Shown: piece after piece, positions 17,941 to 26,858 of the stretch | How the letters are laid out: each line of letters begins with the position of its first letter | Position numbering within the stretch: position 1 is the first letter of the stretch | Source of the DNA: an uncultured archaeon | GTDB taxonomy: Archaea; Aenigmatarchaeota; Aenigmatarchaeia; CG10238-14 | Assembly (NCBI GenBank): GCA_964392445.1 | Contig: CAYMPD010000003.1 | Span: 29,133 to 93,132 of the forward strand | Length of the DNA stretch: 64,000 bases | Reading direction: 5' to 3' | Notes under the pieces: generated by a model | What the model was told of the DNA's origin: nothing | Database searches by the model: none | Seen by the model: only the letters and a program-made list of their open reading frames with translations | Translations under genes and position numbers: made by a program

Positions 17941-18249
17941 AACTAAAACTAGATGGTTAGATATAAAAAAGTGATTTTCTCTGCCCATGATAACTAGGTC
18001 TTCTACCATGCAAACAGTCGAATTAAACCCGATTATGCAAGTCATGTTCTCCCGAGGAATAGTATCGCTTGTATCTACGGGTTATTAGTAGTAGCTTTCA
18101 TTCTCCTGACATCCCATTTCGGTTTAAAGACGACGAAATGTACTAGAACCTATCACGTCCTTTACTGGTTGCTTGCTAGCGTGTTCTTGATTAACTTTGT
18201 TAGGGAGTTGATTTTGTTTTGAATGGGTTGAGAAAGTCTTATTTAATAA

Positions 18250-18555
18250 CTATCCTGTTGTAACATACCTCATAGCTGGTCTCTCAACTCTTTCTATATA
18301 ACCCCTGTGCTCTCTTCGTAATGCAAGACTAATTTCGTCTTCTTGGTCCACTGGGACTCTAACTCTGTATGTTCGACTAAGTGCTCTTACTCGTGGGTCT
18401 TGAAAACCTTCTGCTAATTCAAACGGGCGGTCATATTCAAATCCTGTAAGTATTTCTTGAATTTGAGTTTCTTCGGTACCTTCAACAAAAGTAACCAGCA
18501 ATCTTCCAGAAGAAGTAACAGGCCTACCTTGGTCATCAGTATCCCGATCAATCAT
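18250..18555 (-). CDS. Hypothetical protein, possibly ferredoxin-like (S8 propeptide-like) fold
   Basis: LLVTFVEG...TYRVRVPVDQEDEISLAL...IERVERP pattern; weak. Confidence 0.5.
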   Translation of the reverse strand: MIDRDTDDQGRPVTSSGRLLVTFVEGTEETQIQEILTGFEYDRPFELAEGFQDPRVRALSRTYRVRVPVDQEDEISLALRREHRGYIERVERPAMRYVTTG

Positions 18556-18679
18556 AGTATATTATTAAGTAAGAACATTATTAATATCGACTTTTATACT
18601 TCGTAGAAATTAAAAACCCAAAAGTCCTAAATTTGGAATTCAATTTTTCTATTTGAGATGAAAGATTAGAGATAAAAGA

Positions 18680-19051
18680 TTGCATGTCCAACTAATTAAT
18701 ATGACTGGAGGAGTTGGAGAAGAACCCCTTGGAACTGAAAGTGCAAATATAGTCCGAGTAACGGAAAAATGGCAAACTGATGAAAAGGGAGATAGATACT
18801 CTGATACTTCCGCTTTTTATCAATTCGCTCAAGGCGATGGTTATGGTAACAATCATAGCGATCCCTTTACGGCATTGAATTATGCACTACTTAACGCAGA
18901 AACAAATAGGAAAGGACGGGTCCCAGAATCTATCAAAGCTATAATTGAATTATTACCTGTAAGTAGAAGACTTAGACCCGCGATGGAAATAAGACTTGAA
19001 GAGCACGCTAGATCGCTAGGAGTTCCAGTTGATGTTAAATACATAAGGTAA
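18680..19051 (+). CDS. Hypothetical protein
   Basis: 123-aa ORF, no overlapping competing gene. Confidence 0.6.
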   Translation: MHVQLINMTGGVGEEPLGTESANIVRVTEKWQTDEKGDRYSDTSAFYQFAQGDGYGNNHSDPFTALNYALLNAETNRKGRVPESIKAIIELLPVSRRLRPAMEIRLEEHARSLGVPVDVKYIR

Positions 19052-19184
19052 TCTTGTGTAAATATTCGCTAAAACATAAGCCTATTTCAAGTATCCTAGG
19101 ATATATTAACTCATTCACTAACACCGAAATTTTTTCTATTTACACCAAAAATAACTATAATAAATTCAGTTGGCATTACTATCC

Positions 19185-19517
19185 TCACAATATTTCTTTC
19201 AAGGCCCCCTGACTTCTTAACCTATCTCTCATAGTAGTATAAATCTCATCTATTGTTATCTGCCTCTCTGCTTCAGTTCTAGGAAAATATAGTATATTTC
19301 CATCTGGATCTAGTTCCATCAGATAAATAGAACCTGAAGTGAATTTGGAATCTCCCGTCAAAAATGTAAATCGCCATCTATAACCACGTTCTTCTGATTC
19401 CCAATCCCATGCCCAATCATTTGCTTTCTTAATACAAGCTCTAGGATCCACTTCCCGACTTACTCTTCTATATGCACTATTAGCTTCTCTTTTTACTTCA
19501 TCCAAATCGTATGGCAT
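19185..19517 (-). CDS. Hypothetical protein
   Basis: 110-aa ATG-started ORF, no motif recognised. Confidence 0.6.
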   Translation of the reverse strand: MPYDLDEVKREANSAYRRVSREVDPRACIKKANDWAWDWESEERGYRWRFTFLTGDSKFTSGSIYLMELDPDGNILYFPRTEAERQITIDEIYTTMRDRLRSQGALKEIL

Positions 19518-19665
19518 GAAATAAATATGAGGGTGAAATTTAAATAATCAATTATACCCCTAAAAGACCGAGTTAATCCCAGATTCCTATCTTATCTCCC
19601 GCTCGCCTTATACTTGAACTCACATCCCCGTCAAAGACCCCTCCAAAGTTATACTTAAACTCTAA

Positions 19666-19748
19666 CGCTGAGGGTGGGATTTGAACCCACAAGCCACAAG
19701 GGCGCTAGTTTAGCAGACTAGTGCGATACCAGATTACGCGACCTCAGC
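19666..19748 (-). tRNA. tRNA-Ser(GCT), no intron
   Basis: Acceptor GCTGAGG/CCTCAGC, discriminator G, anticodon arm CTAGT-CTGCTAA-ACTAG, long variable arm, T arm GTGGG-TTCAAAT-CCCAC. Confidence 0.92.
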
Positions 19749-19836
19749 ACACACCATAGTTCACAGTTAAATTATTAATCTATTAAAACTTAATAAATTC
19801 AATAGTCTATAATTATTGTTAAGGAGGTTAAAAAAT

Positions 19837-20115
19837 ATGCCAATTACAGTAAAAGATATTTCCGATATGTTTAGTAAAGATGTCTTCACAGACAAAGGAT
19901 TTTATTGCGGGAAAGTTTCTGATATAGAATTCGACCTTTCCAGATTCAAAGTAAGATCTGTAATTATAGAAGCAGCGAAAGGAACCTTTCTTGGTAAAAT
20001 AGTTGGTGGAAAAAAAGGAATAATCGTTCCCTACCAAATGGTTCAATCGATCGGCGACATAGTTATAATCAAACACATAAGCACACCAATTCCAGAGGAA
20101 GGAGAAGCACAGTGA
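19837..20115 (+). CDS. PRC-barrel domain protein (CdpB1-like)
   Basis: AGGAGGT SD, then MPITVKDISDMFSKDVFTDKGFYCGKVSDIEFDL...IIVPYQMVQSIGDIVII. Confidence 0.82.
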   Translation: MPITVKDISDMFSKDVFTDKGFYCGKVSDIEFDLSRFKVRSVIIEAAKGTFLGKIVGGKKGIIVPYQMVQSIGDIVIIKHISTPIPEEGEAQ

Positions 20116-20375
20116 AATTACCAAAAAAAACTAAGGAAATGTCATGGACTCGTGTTGGAAATGCTTATGTTCTTGTAGATCCTGAGACCAAAAAGAATGT
20201 CACAATCGATCCTATTGCTTTTATGGTTTGGGTCCAATGTGATGGAGAAACTAATCTTGAAAGTATGACTGATGTTTTTTCTGTTGATGGTAATAGGGAT
20301 ATAGTTATGGCCGCTTTGAAAGGGATACTCGAGAAACTTGAAGATTCTGGGTTAATTGAGTGGAAAGATAATTAG
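20112..20375 (+). CDS. PqqD-like (RiPP recognition element fold) protein
   Basis: Three beta strands then IAFMVWVQCDGETNLESM...ILEKLEDSGLIE; GTG start overlaps the previous stop. Confidence 0.7.
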   Translation: MKLPKKTKEMSWTRVGNAYVLVDPETKKNVTIDPIAFMVWVQCDGETNLESMTDVFSVDGNRDIVMAALKGILEKLEDSGLIEWKDN

Positions 20376-20389
20376 GAAATAATTAATAT

Positions 20390-20773
20390 CTACTTAGGAC
20401 TTTCTAATGTTCTAGTACCTTCTATCTCATAATACATTATCTCTTGTCCAGAATCCAATTTACCTTTCATGCTTTTGGGTATATCCAATTCAAATGTCGA
20501 ATAGTCAGTCAGATCCATCAACTGGACCTTATCTCCAACTATCGCAAGAACTTGTGCTTGTTTTTTGTTAAGAATAGGAACTGGTACTTTAGCATCTGCC
20601 GGTTTAATTATACTTCTTCTTCTATTATCAAACATTCCCATCCCTTCAACTCTAGCCTTAGCAGCACCATGTTTACCAGATTTAGATATATTCACAGCAA
20701 CTACCTTACAGGGAACATCATCAATAAGTACAAACCCACCTTTCTTTAAATTTTTAATTACAGTATCTGCCAT
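20390..20773 (-). CDS. eif5a: Translation factor aIF5A
   Basis: SKSGKHGAAKA hypusine motif. Confidence 0.96.
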   Translation of the reverse strand: MADTVIKNLKKGGFVLIDDVPCKVVAVNISKSGKHGAAKARVEGMGMFDNRRRSIIKPADAKVPVPILNKKQAQVLAIVGDKVQLMDLTDYSTFELDIPKSMKGKLDSGQEIMYYEIEGTRTLESPK

Positions 20774-20795
20774 TTATTCACCTTCAAAAAAGTAA

Positions 20796-20999
20796 TTATC
20801 GGCAAGCGATCTTAATATCACTTGCTTTAACAGTGACTCTGCCTGCATGATGTGAAGCCGCTACAGCATCCACCGCTATCGCATCTGCCGCATCTAAAAC
20901 AGCATCTTTAAGCGCATTTACAGCCGACTCAGAAACCCTCTCAGCTCCAGCTTTTCTTGCTATCCTTTCTAAGGGAGCAAGCGGAAAATCTCTTACCAT
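20796..20999 (-). CDS. Archaeal histone (HMf-like)
   Basis: FPLAPLERIARKAGAERVSESA...HAGRVTVKASDI; GGAGGTG SD before ATG 20999. Confidence 0.93.
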   Translation of the reverse strand: MVRDFPLAPLERIARKAGAERVSESAVNALKDAVLDAADAIAVDAVAASHHAGRVTVKASDIKIACR

Positions 21000-21168
21000 T
21001 AACACACCTCCATATTCTAAATAAACTTATCTTGTAGATTATTTAAGCATTTGCCAAAAGGGACCATTTTAGTCTTTATTCACAATACAGGAAAGATTTA
21101 AAAACATGTAAAATAAAAAAGAAATCCGATTATTAATAACAAAATTTTATTAGGTTTAAATACTTGAA

Positions 21169-21184
21169 CCGAAAACTTTAAATA
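21169..21184 (+). promoter_or_regulatory. BRE-TATA promoter of tfb
   Basis: CCGAAAAC-TTTAAATA about 30 nt upstream of the tfb ATG. Confidence 0.6.
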
Positions 21185-21213
21185 CTTTATTATATTTACT
21201 TATAAGTGATTAT

Positions 21214-22164
21214 ATGGCAGACGAAAAAGGAAAAAAGAAGGCTATGTCAGGTAAGAAATGCCCTGAATGCGGCGGAACTGTATTTGTTGAAGATAAAAAT
21301 CGTGGAGAAACTGTTTGTGCCAAATGTGGATTAGTGTTAAAAGAAGATTTTATTGATAGAGGCCAAGAATGGAGAGCTTTTGATTCTGAGCAAGCTTCAA
21401 AGCGTGCAAGAGGAGGAGCACCATTAACTTACACAAAACATGATAAAGGATTAACCACAGAGATAGGGAAGGGTTTAGGTGAATTGTACAAGGTACCTGG
21501 AAAGAAAAGGGCCCAGTATTACAGGCTTAAAAAATGGCACAAAAGATTAATCGAGTCAAAGGATAGAAACTTATCATTTGCTCTTTCAGAACTTCAAAGA
21601 ATAATTTCATTTCTAAATTTACCAAAATCAGTTCATGAAAAAGTTGGTAGATATTATGAGGAAGCAGTCGATAAAGGGCTTGTAAGAGGAAGATCAATCG
21701 AGTCAGTTATCGCGGCTTTGGTCTATGCTGTTTCAAGGCAATTTGAGACCCCAAGAACGTTGGACGAAATTGCAGAGGCATCTGGACTAGAGAAAAGAGA
21801 TATAGGAAGAACTTACAGATACATAGCAAGACAATTGGGAATAAGAATTTTACCTGCGGATCCAAAGAACTATGTTCCAAGGTTCTGTTCAATGCTCAAT
21901 TTAAGTGATAAAGTTCAAGCAGGTGCGATTGAAATTCTAAGGAAAGCGAAGAAATTACAGATTACAAGCGGGAAAGGTCCGACAGGGGTTGCTGCAGCCG
22001 CTATTTACATCTCTTGCGTGCTAAACGGAGAGAAGAGGACTCAAAGAGAGGTAGCATCGGTTGTTAATGTCACTGAGGTCACAATCCGTAACAGATACAA
22101 GGAATTAGTCGAAAAACTTGGATTAGAGAAAGATGTAGAGGAAAAGATAAAAGAAGAGAGCTAA
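21214..22164 (+). CDS. tfb: Transcription initiation factor IIB
   Basis: Zn ribbon CPEC...CAKC, EWRAF B-reader, two cyclin folds, EVTIRNRYKEL. Confidence 0.96.
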   Translation: MADEKGKKKAMSGKKCPECGGTVFVEDKNRGETVCAKCGLVLKEDFIDRGQEWRAFDSEQASKRARGGAPLTYTKHDKGLTTEIGKGLGELYKVPGKKRAQYYRLKKWHKRLIESKDRNLSFALSELQRIISFLNLPKSVHEKVGRYYEEAVDKGLVRGRSIESVIAALVYAVSRQFETPRTLDEIAEASGLEKRDIGRTYRYIARQLGIRILPADPKNYVPRFCSMLNLSDKVQAGAIEILRKAKKLQITSGKGPTGVAAAAIYISCVLNGEKRTQREVASVVNVTEVTIRNRYKELVEKLGLEKDVEEKIKEES

Positions 22165-22324
22165 TTTAAGGAAAATATAACTTTTCCTGCCCTTTTGATT
22201 TAAAAATTTTTTTCCATCGTTTGTAATTCCCCATGTAACTTTTTTACTTTTTACTTTCAGTAGTAGATAGGATTTATGACTAGAAATAAAGACTCTAATA
22301 ACGTAAAAAAATCAAGTTGAGGAT

Positions 22325-22717
22325 TCAGAGGTTAAAATAATTTTTAATTAATCCTCTTAAGGTTTCTAAGCCATCGAAATCATCGCTTTCCATCTTTAAA
22401 AATTCCTCAGGAGTTACCCACCTATATCTAAAAATATTTTCCTCTTCGTCGGGATTTTGATTAATATCGATTTCTTCTGTTAATGGTTTACAGTGATAAG
22501 TTATACAGACAACTTGATCTCCATCAGATCTAAAGAAATACCAAGTCCCGATGATTTTTTCTATTTTTACATCAAGATAGACCTCTTCTTTGATTTCTTT
22601 AATTAAATTTTCTTGAGGAGATAAACCATATTCTATCCTCCCACCAGGCAGGTCCAAATATTCTTTTCCCTGAAATCTCTGTTTAATAACTAGGAATTTA
22701 CCATCTTTTACGATCAA
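22325..22717 (-). CDS. NUDIX hydrolase (true start uncertain)
   Basis: LPGGRIEYGLSPQENLIKEIKEE Nudix box; frame stays open about 12 codons further upstream without an ATG. Confidence 0.82.
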   Translation of the reverse strand: MIVKDGKFLVIKQRFQGKEYLDLPGGRIEYGLSPQENLIKEIKEEVYLDVKIEKIIGTWYFFRSDGDQVVCITYHCKPLTEEIDINQNPDEEENIFRYRWVTPEEFLKMESDDFDGLETLRGLIKNYFNL

Positions 22718-22751
22718 TCCTTTTGTTGCACATTGTACTTTTGGTATAATA

Positions 22752-23276
22752 TCATCTCAATAACTTTTCCTCATACTCCTCCAACCAATCAATCTCCCCA
22801 ACCTCATAACCTTCAGTACCACCAGTAATTATTCCAACAATTTCATCAACAAAGTCTCCTTCACTAGTATCCACTTCATAAACTTGATCATTTTTCTCAA
22901 CGGCTTCAGAAGTTATAACACCAAGTATCTCCGCATCCAGATTCTCTTTGACTTTTTCGGGTTTATCTGGATATCTTTTTTTCAACCTTTTTTCGAGGAC
23001 ATTGGGATTACATCTTAGAACGATAACAACATCGCAATCAACCTCATGAGCAGTATGACCTTCGATTATAACATCTTCTTCAACATTAGCAAGATGGTCG
23101 TTGATTTTTACCATGTCTAATATTTTTGCTTTCCTCTCGGTATCTTCACCCAAGTAAGCATCCAGTTCTTCCGCAGCATCATTAAGACCGATTAATTTCC
23201 AACCCAGTATCTTTGAAAGTTTTTTTGAGATTGTTGTTTTTCCTGTCCCAGGTGTTCCGGTTATACATAGTTTCAT
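22752..23276 (-). CDS. Archaeal adenylate kinase (AK6/Fap7 family)
   Basis: ITGTPGTGKTT, IIEGH, VLRCNP..LEKRL, EN..AE. Confidence 0.88.
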   Translation of the reverse strand: MKLCITGTPGTGKTTISKKLSKILGWKLIGLNDAAEELDAYLGEDTERKAKILDMVKINDHLANVEEDVIIEGHTAHEVDCDVVIVLRCNPNVLEKRLKKRYPDKPEKVKENLDAEILGVITSEAVEKNDQVYEVDTSEGDFVDEIVGIITGGTEGYEVGEIDWLEEYEEKLLR

Positions 23277-23334
23277 AATAAGACATTATCTTTTTGTTTT
23301 AAATATCTAAATTCAAAGATTATTATGTGATTCA

Positions 23335-24279
23335 ATGGAACTTCAAATATGGACAGAAAAATACAGGCCGCACAGTTTAGAAGATTTAATCAATCAAAAA
23401 CATGCAGTCGGCCGATTAAAAGCGTTTGTTAAAGATAAATCAATTCCTCACATGCTATTTGCAGGTCCCCCAGGAACGGGTAAAACTGCATCTGCTATTG
23501 CTGTTGCGAAGGACTTATTTGGCAAAAATTGGAGAAATAATTTTCAAGAGACCAATGCGAGTGATAGCAGAGGGATAGATGTCGTGAGGACAAGAATAAA
23601 GAACTTTGCGAGGGTTAAACCCTTAAATGCCCCATTCAAAATTGTATTTCTGGACGAAAGTGATGCATTAACATCAGCAGCTCAACATGCTTTAAGAAGA
23701 ACAATAGAACGTTATTCGACAGTTTGCCGTTTCATTTTATCATGTAATTATTCCTCAAAGATTATTTCAGCTTTGCAGTCAAGGTGCGTGGTTTTCCGAT
23801 TTACTAATTTATCAAAAGATGACGTTTTTGAGTATATGAAAAGGATAATTAAGGGAGAAAAATTGGATGTTGACAAGTCGGCATTAGAAGCGATTTACGA
23901 ATTGAGTGAGGGAGATCTAAGAAAAGCCACGAACATTCTTCAAGCATCCTCTTCTCTTGGAGAAAAAATAACCGCAGATGTGATTTATAATGTCACAAGC
24001 CAGGCCAGACCTCAGGACGTAAAAGAAATGATGGGATTTATTTTAAAGAAAGATTTCAAGTCGACAAGGAAAAAGTTGCATGATATGATCATCAAACAAG
24101 GTCTAGCCGGTCAGGATGTGATTAAGGCTTGCCATAAAGAGATATTTAATTTGGACATTCCCGACAAGAAAAAGCTGGAGATGATAAGATATGTGGGAGA
24201 ATACGATTTCAGGATTTCTGAGGGAGGAGATCCATTGATACAATTAGAATCCATGTTAGCACAGATGATGATAGAATAA
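23335..24279 (+). CDS. rfcS: Replication factor C small subunit
   Basis: WTEKYRP, GPPGTGKT, NASDSRGID, LDESD, SRC; no intein. Confidence 0.95.
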   Translation: MELQIWTEKYRPHSLEDLINQKHAVGRLKAFVKDKSIPHMLFAGPPGTGKTASAIAVAKDLFGKNWRNNFQETNASDSRGIDVVRTRIKNFARVKPLNAPFKIVFLDESDALTSAAQHALRRTIERYSTVCRFILSCNYSSKIISALQSRCVVFRFTNLSKDDVFEYMKRIIKGEKLDVDKSALEAIYELSEGDLRKATNILQASSSLGEKITADVIYNVTSQARPQDVKEMMGFILKKDFKSTRKKLHDMIIKQGLAGQDVIKACHKEIFNLDIPDKKKLEMIRYVGEYDFRISEGGDPLIQLESMLAQMMIE

Positions 24280-24334
24280 ATTGGGTTTTCTTTAATCTAA
24301 TATAAATTTTAAGTTTCAGATAAATAGTGTTAAC

Positions 24335-25480
24335 ATGAATTGGACAGATAAGTACTCACCAAAAAAAGTTTCAGAAGTTGTGGGTCAAAATAAACCCGTA
24401 AATAAATTTCTAAGATGGTATCAAAATTGGAAACCCGGGAAAAAAGCGGCTCTACTTGTTGGGAATCCCGGTGTTGGTAAAACTTCTTTGGTTGAGGCTC
24501 TTGGGAATGAGAGAAATCTTGAGATAATAGAATTAAATGCTTCTGACTATAGAACTGCGTCCCAAATAAAAGAGGTCATGGGACAATCCGTAAAACAACA
24601 TTCACTTTTCAAAAAAGGTAAGATTTTTCTTATTGACGAAGTAGATGGTTTATCGGGGAGGAAAGATAGAGGCGGAACAGGAGAAATGAAAAAAATAATA
24701 GAAGAATCCCATTTTCCGGTTGTTCTAACTGCTAATGATCAATGGAGTAGAAAGATGTCGAGACTTAAATCGAGTTGCACACTTATCAAATTCGGTAAAG
24801 TTCATTTCTGGAGAATGGTTAAGAGGTTGGAAAAAATTTGTGAGGAAGAGGGCATTAAATGTGGTAAAAAAGTGATAAAACAGATAGCAAAGAGATCAGA
24901 GGGTGATATGAGGTCAGCTATAAATGACTTGGAAACGTTGTCAAGAGGAAAAAAAGTAATAAAAGTCAGTGACCTTGAAAATCTAAGTTACAGACAAAGA
25001 GACGAAAATATTTTTGATACTTTGAAAATAATCTTTAAAACTAATTCTTTGGTTGCTGCAAGGAGATCCATTGATGATGTGGGTAAAGACCCCGACGAAA
25101 TCTTTTGGTGGATAGAGCAGAACATTGTTAATGAGTATGAGAAACCCAAAGAGATAGCGGAAGCTTATGAGATGTTAGCAATAGCAAATATGTTTCGAAG
25201 TAGAATAAGGAGGAGACAGTACTGGAAATTACTGAAGTACATGATCGATTTTATGACCGGTGGCGTGGCCCTATCAAAGGATGAAATGTACAGGAAATTT
25301 TCAAGATACCAATATCCAGACAAGATAAAATACTTGGGAAGAACAAAAGCAAAACGAAGAAAAGAGAACGAACAACTATTAGAATTATCAGAAAAATTAC
25401 ATTGTTCAACTCAGAAAATCAAACAAGAGTTCTTACCTTATTTCAGCTTAGGGGAATTGATTCGGAAAAGCCAGTACTAA
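24335..25480 (+). CDS. rfcL: Replication factor C large subunit
   Basis: WTDKYSP, GNPGVGKT, ELNASD, IDEVD, GDMRSAINDL. Confidence 0.93.
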   Translation: MNWTDKYSPKKVSEVVGQNKPVNKFLRWYQNWKPGKKAALLVGNPGVGKTSLVEALGNERNLEIIELNASDYRTASQIKEVMGQSVKQHSLFKKGKIFLIDEVDGLSGRKDRGGTGEMKKIIEESHFPVVLTANDQWSRKMSRLKSSCTLIKFGKVHFWRMVKRLEKICEEEGIKCGKKVIKQIAKRSEGDMRSAINDLETLSRGKKVIKVSDLENLSYRQRDENIFDTLKIIFKTNSLVAARRSIDDVGKDPDEIFWWIEQNIVNEYEKPKEIAEAYEMLAIANMFRSRIRRRQYWKLLKYMIDFMTGGVALSKDEMYRKFSRYQYPDKIKYLGRTKAKRRKENEQLLELSEKLHCSTQKIKQEFLPYFSLGELIRKSQY

Positions 25481-25844
25481 GTGTGTATTTCTCAGACATC
25501 AAACTTATGTTGAATGTTGCAAGTGGTACCCCTAGATCAACAGTGTAGTTAAAAGCAAGTCTATAACCTCTATCAGCAGCTATTTCCTCAACAAAATCTG
25601 AGTATGTAGATAAACGGGTTTGAATGTTTGTCACGTTACTTATTTGAACAGTTTTGTTGGCTTTATCCACAATATTCTCGAACATGAAAACCTCTGCACC
25701 TGATACCGCTTCTGAAGTGTCGATAAAGGAATGTTGACTGATGTACTTACTAAGTGTGAAAAAAACCCCGACTATAATTACCGCGGTTAAGATAAAGAAC
25801 TGAGCCTTTTTACTTGACAAATTGTGCATGTGGTACATCCCCAA
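25443..25844 (-). CDS. Pilin-like protein with class III signal peptide
   Basis: SSKKAQ|FFILTAVIIVGVFF, a basic-A-Q prepilin cleavage pattern followed by a hydrophobic helix. Confidence 0.6.
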   Translation of the reverse strand: MGMYHMHNLSSKKAQFFILTAVIIVGVFFTLSKYISQHSFIDTSEAVSGAEVFMFENIVDKANKTVQISNVTNIQTRLSTYSDFVEEIAADRGYRLAFNYTVDLGVPLATFNISLMSEKYTLSTGFSESIPLS

Positions 25845-26124
25845 TTAAAATAACGTTTTTCTGTGTAATAAACTTTTTTTTCAACGCTAATTTTACTATT
25901 TTTTCTCCGACGATGTTTCCTATTGTACAATTTTTCATGAGAATGAGGATTTTCTCCTCCCCACACTCTTTTTTTCCATAAAATTTCTCGTCCACTCTGA
26001 ATACAGGGTCTTCTCTCAATACTTTCCCGACTAGTTCTTTATCACACACACCTAGAACTAACTCATACTTTTCCGAACGACTTCTATGGGTTTTGTAGCA
26101 AAACATCTCATTCTTCAACATCAA
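25810..26124 (-). CDS. DUF424 family protein
   Basis: VLGVCDKELVGK...FYG...NIVGEKIV...IGDVPHAQ. Confidence 0.8.
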   Translation of the reverse strand: MMLKNEMFCYKTHRSRSEKYELVLGVCDKELVGKVLREDPVFRVDEKFYGKKECGEEKILILMKNCTIGNIVGEKIVKLALKKKFITQKNVILIGDVPHAQFVK

Positions 26125-26461
26125 ATTTATGGTCTAAATCCCTCATTAAGGAATCACAGTCTAGTTTGATTTTTTGCAATGCTAGAACAATTCTTTCCTT
26201 TTCTTTCTTGAGTTCTTCAATATCCTCGTACTTTTGGATTGCTTGTCTGAACATTGGAAGACCTATAGTTGTGTAAGGACTCTTGTTCATTTCTTGACTT
26301 ACACTCGCACACATCTCTCCTAACCATATGTTCATCTGTTCCTTGACCTGCCTTCTCACTAATTTGTGCTCATCAAGATTATCTTTGATAACTCTTACAA
26401 TTGGTGCTAAAGGAAATGGTAATTCAACTTCTTCCTCTTCTTGTTTTTTTTCTTCTGCCAA
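26108..26461 (-). CDS. Non-canonical histone-fold protein with C-terminal coiled coil
   Basis: LPFPLAPIVRVIK...VRRQVKEQMNIWL...TTI histone fold plus heptad tail IEELKKEKERIVLALQKIKLDCDSL; TTG start after AGGTGA. Confidence 0.72.
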   Translation of the reverse strand: MAEEKKQEEEEVELPFPLAPIVRVIKDNLDEHKLVRRQVKEQMNIWLGEMCASVSQEMNKSPYTTIGLPMFRQAIQKYEDIEELKKEKERIVLALQKIKLDCDSLMRDLDHKFDVEE

Positions 26462-26858
26462 AGTATCACCTCGAATTTAACTTACATAAATTTGGTTTTT
26501 TAGATATTTAATTATTGTTAGAATGGTTTTTGTTGAATTTTTTGAGTGCTTTCCCCATCATTCGTTCCTTCTAGTCACTCATACTCGCTATTATCCATCC
26601 CCGCTTAAAATTCTATTTTATCCATTCTACTCTATAATATTTTGTAATGTTTATGTAGCAGCGCCAAAATTTAGTACATCTTCTTCCGAAAATGGTTCTC
26701 CTTTTCTATCATTTTTAACATAAGATACAACCATGCATATTCAACCTCATAGGTTCTTATGTAACAATTACAAATAATACTCTATTTTCTCTTCTGCCAG
26801 TCCCCATTAACTAAACTCACCGAATATTTTACCATTTTCCCACTCTATTTTTCATTTC

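Larger units (their letters stand above)
15526..19680. mobile_element. About 4.1-kb integrative element at tRNA-Ser(GCT), no integrase gene
   Basis: Direct repeats of the tRNA 3' end at both borders, inverted TTAAGTATAAC motifs just inside each border, ORFan and pseudogene cargo. Confidence 0.72.

Noticed and set aside
26500-26735. Possible degraded gene (MVVSYVKNDRKGEPFSEEDVLNFGAAT*...) between the histone variant and the TRAM gene
   Set aside because: Multiple stops and no recognisable family; cannot be supported.
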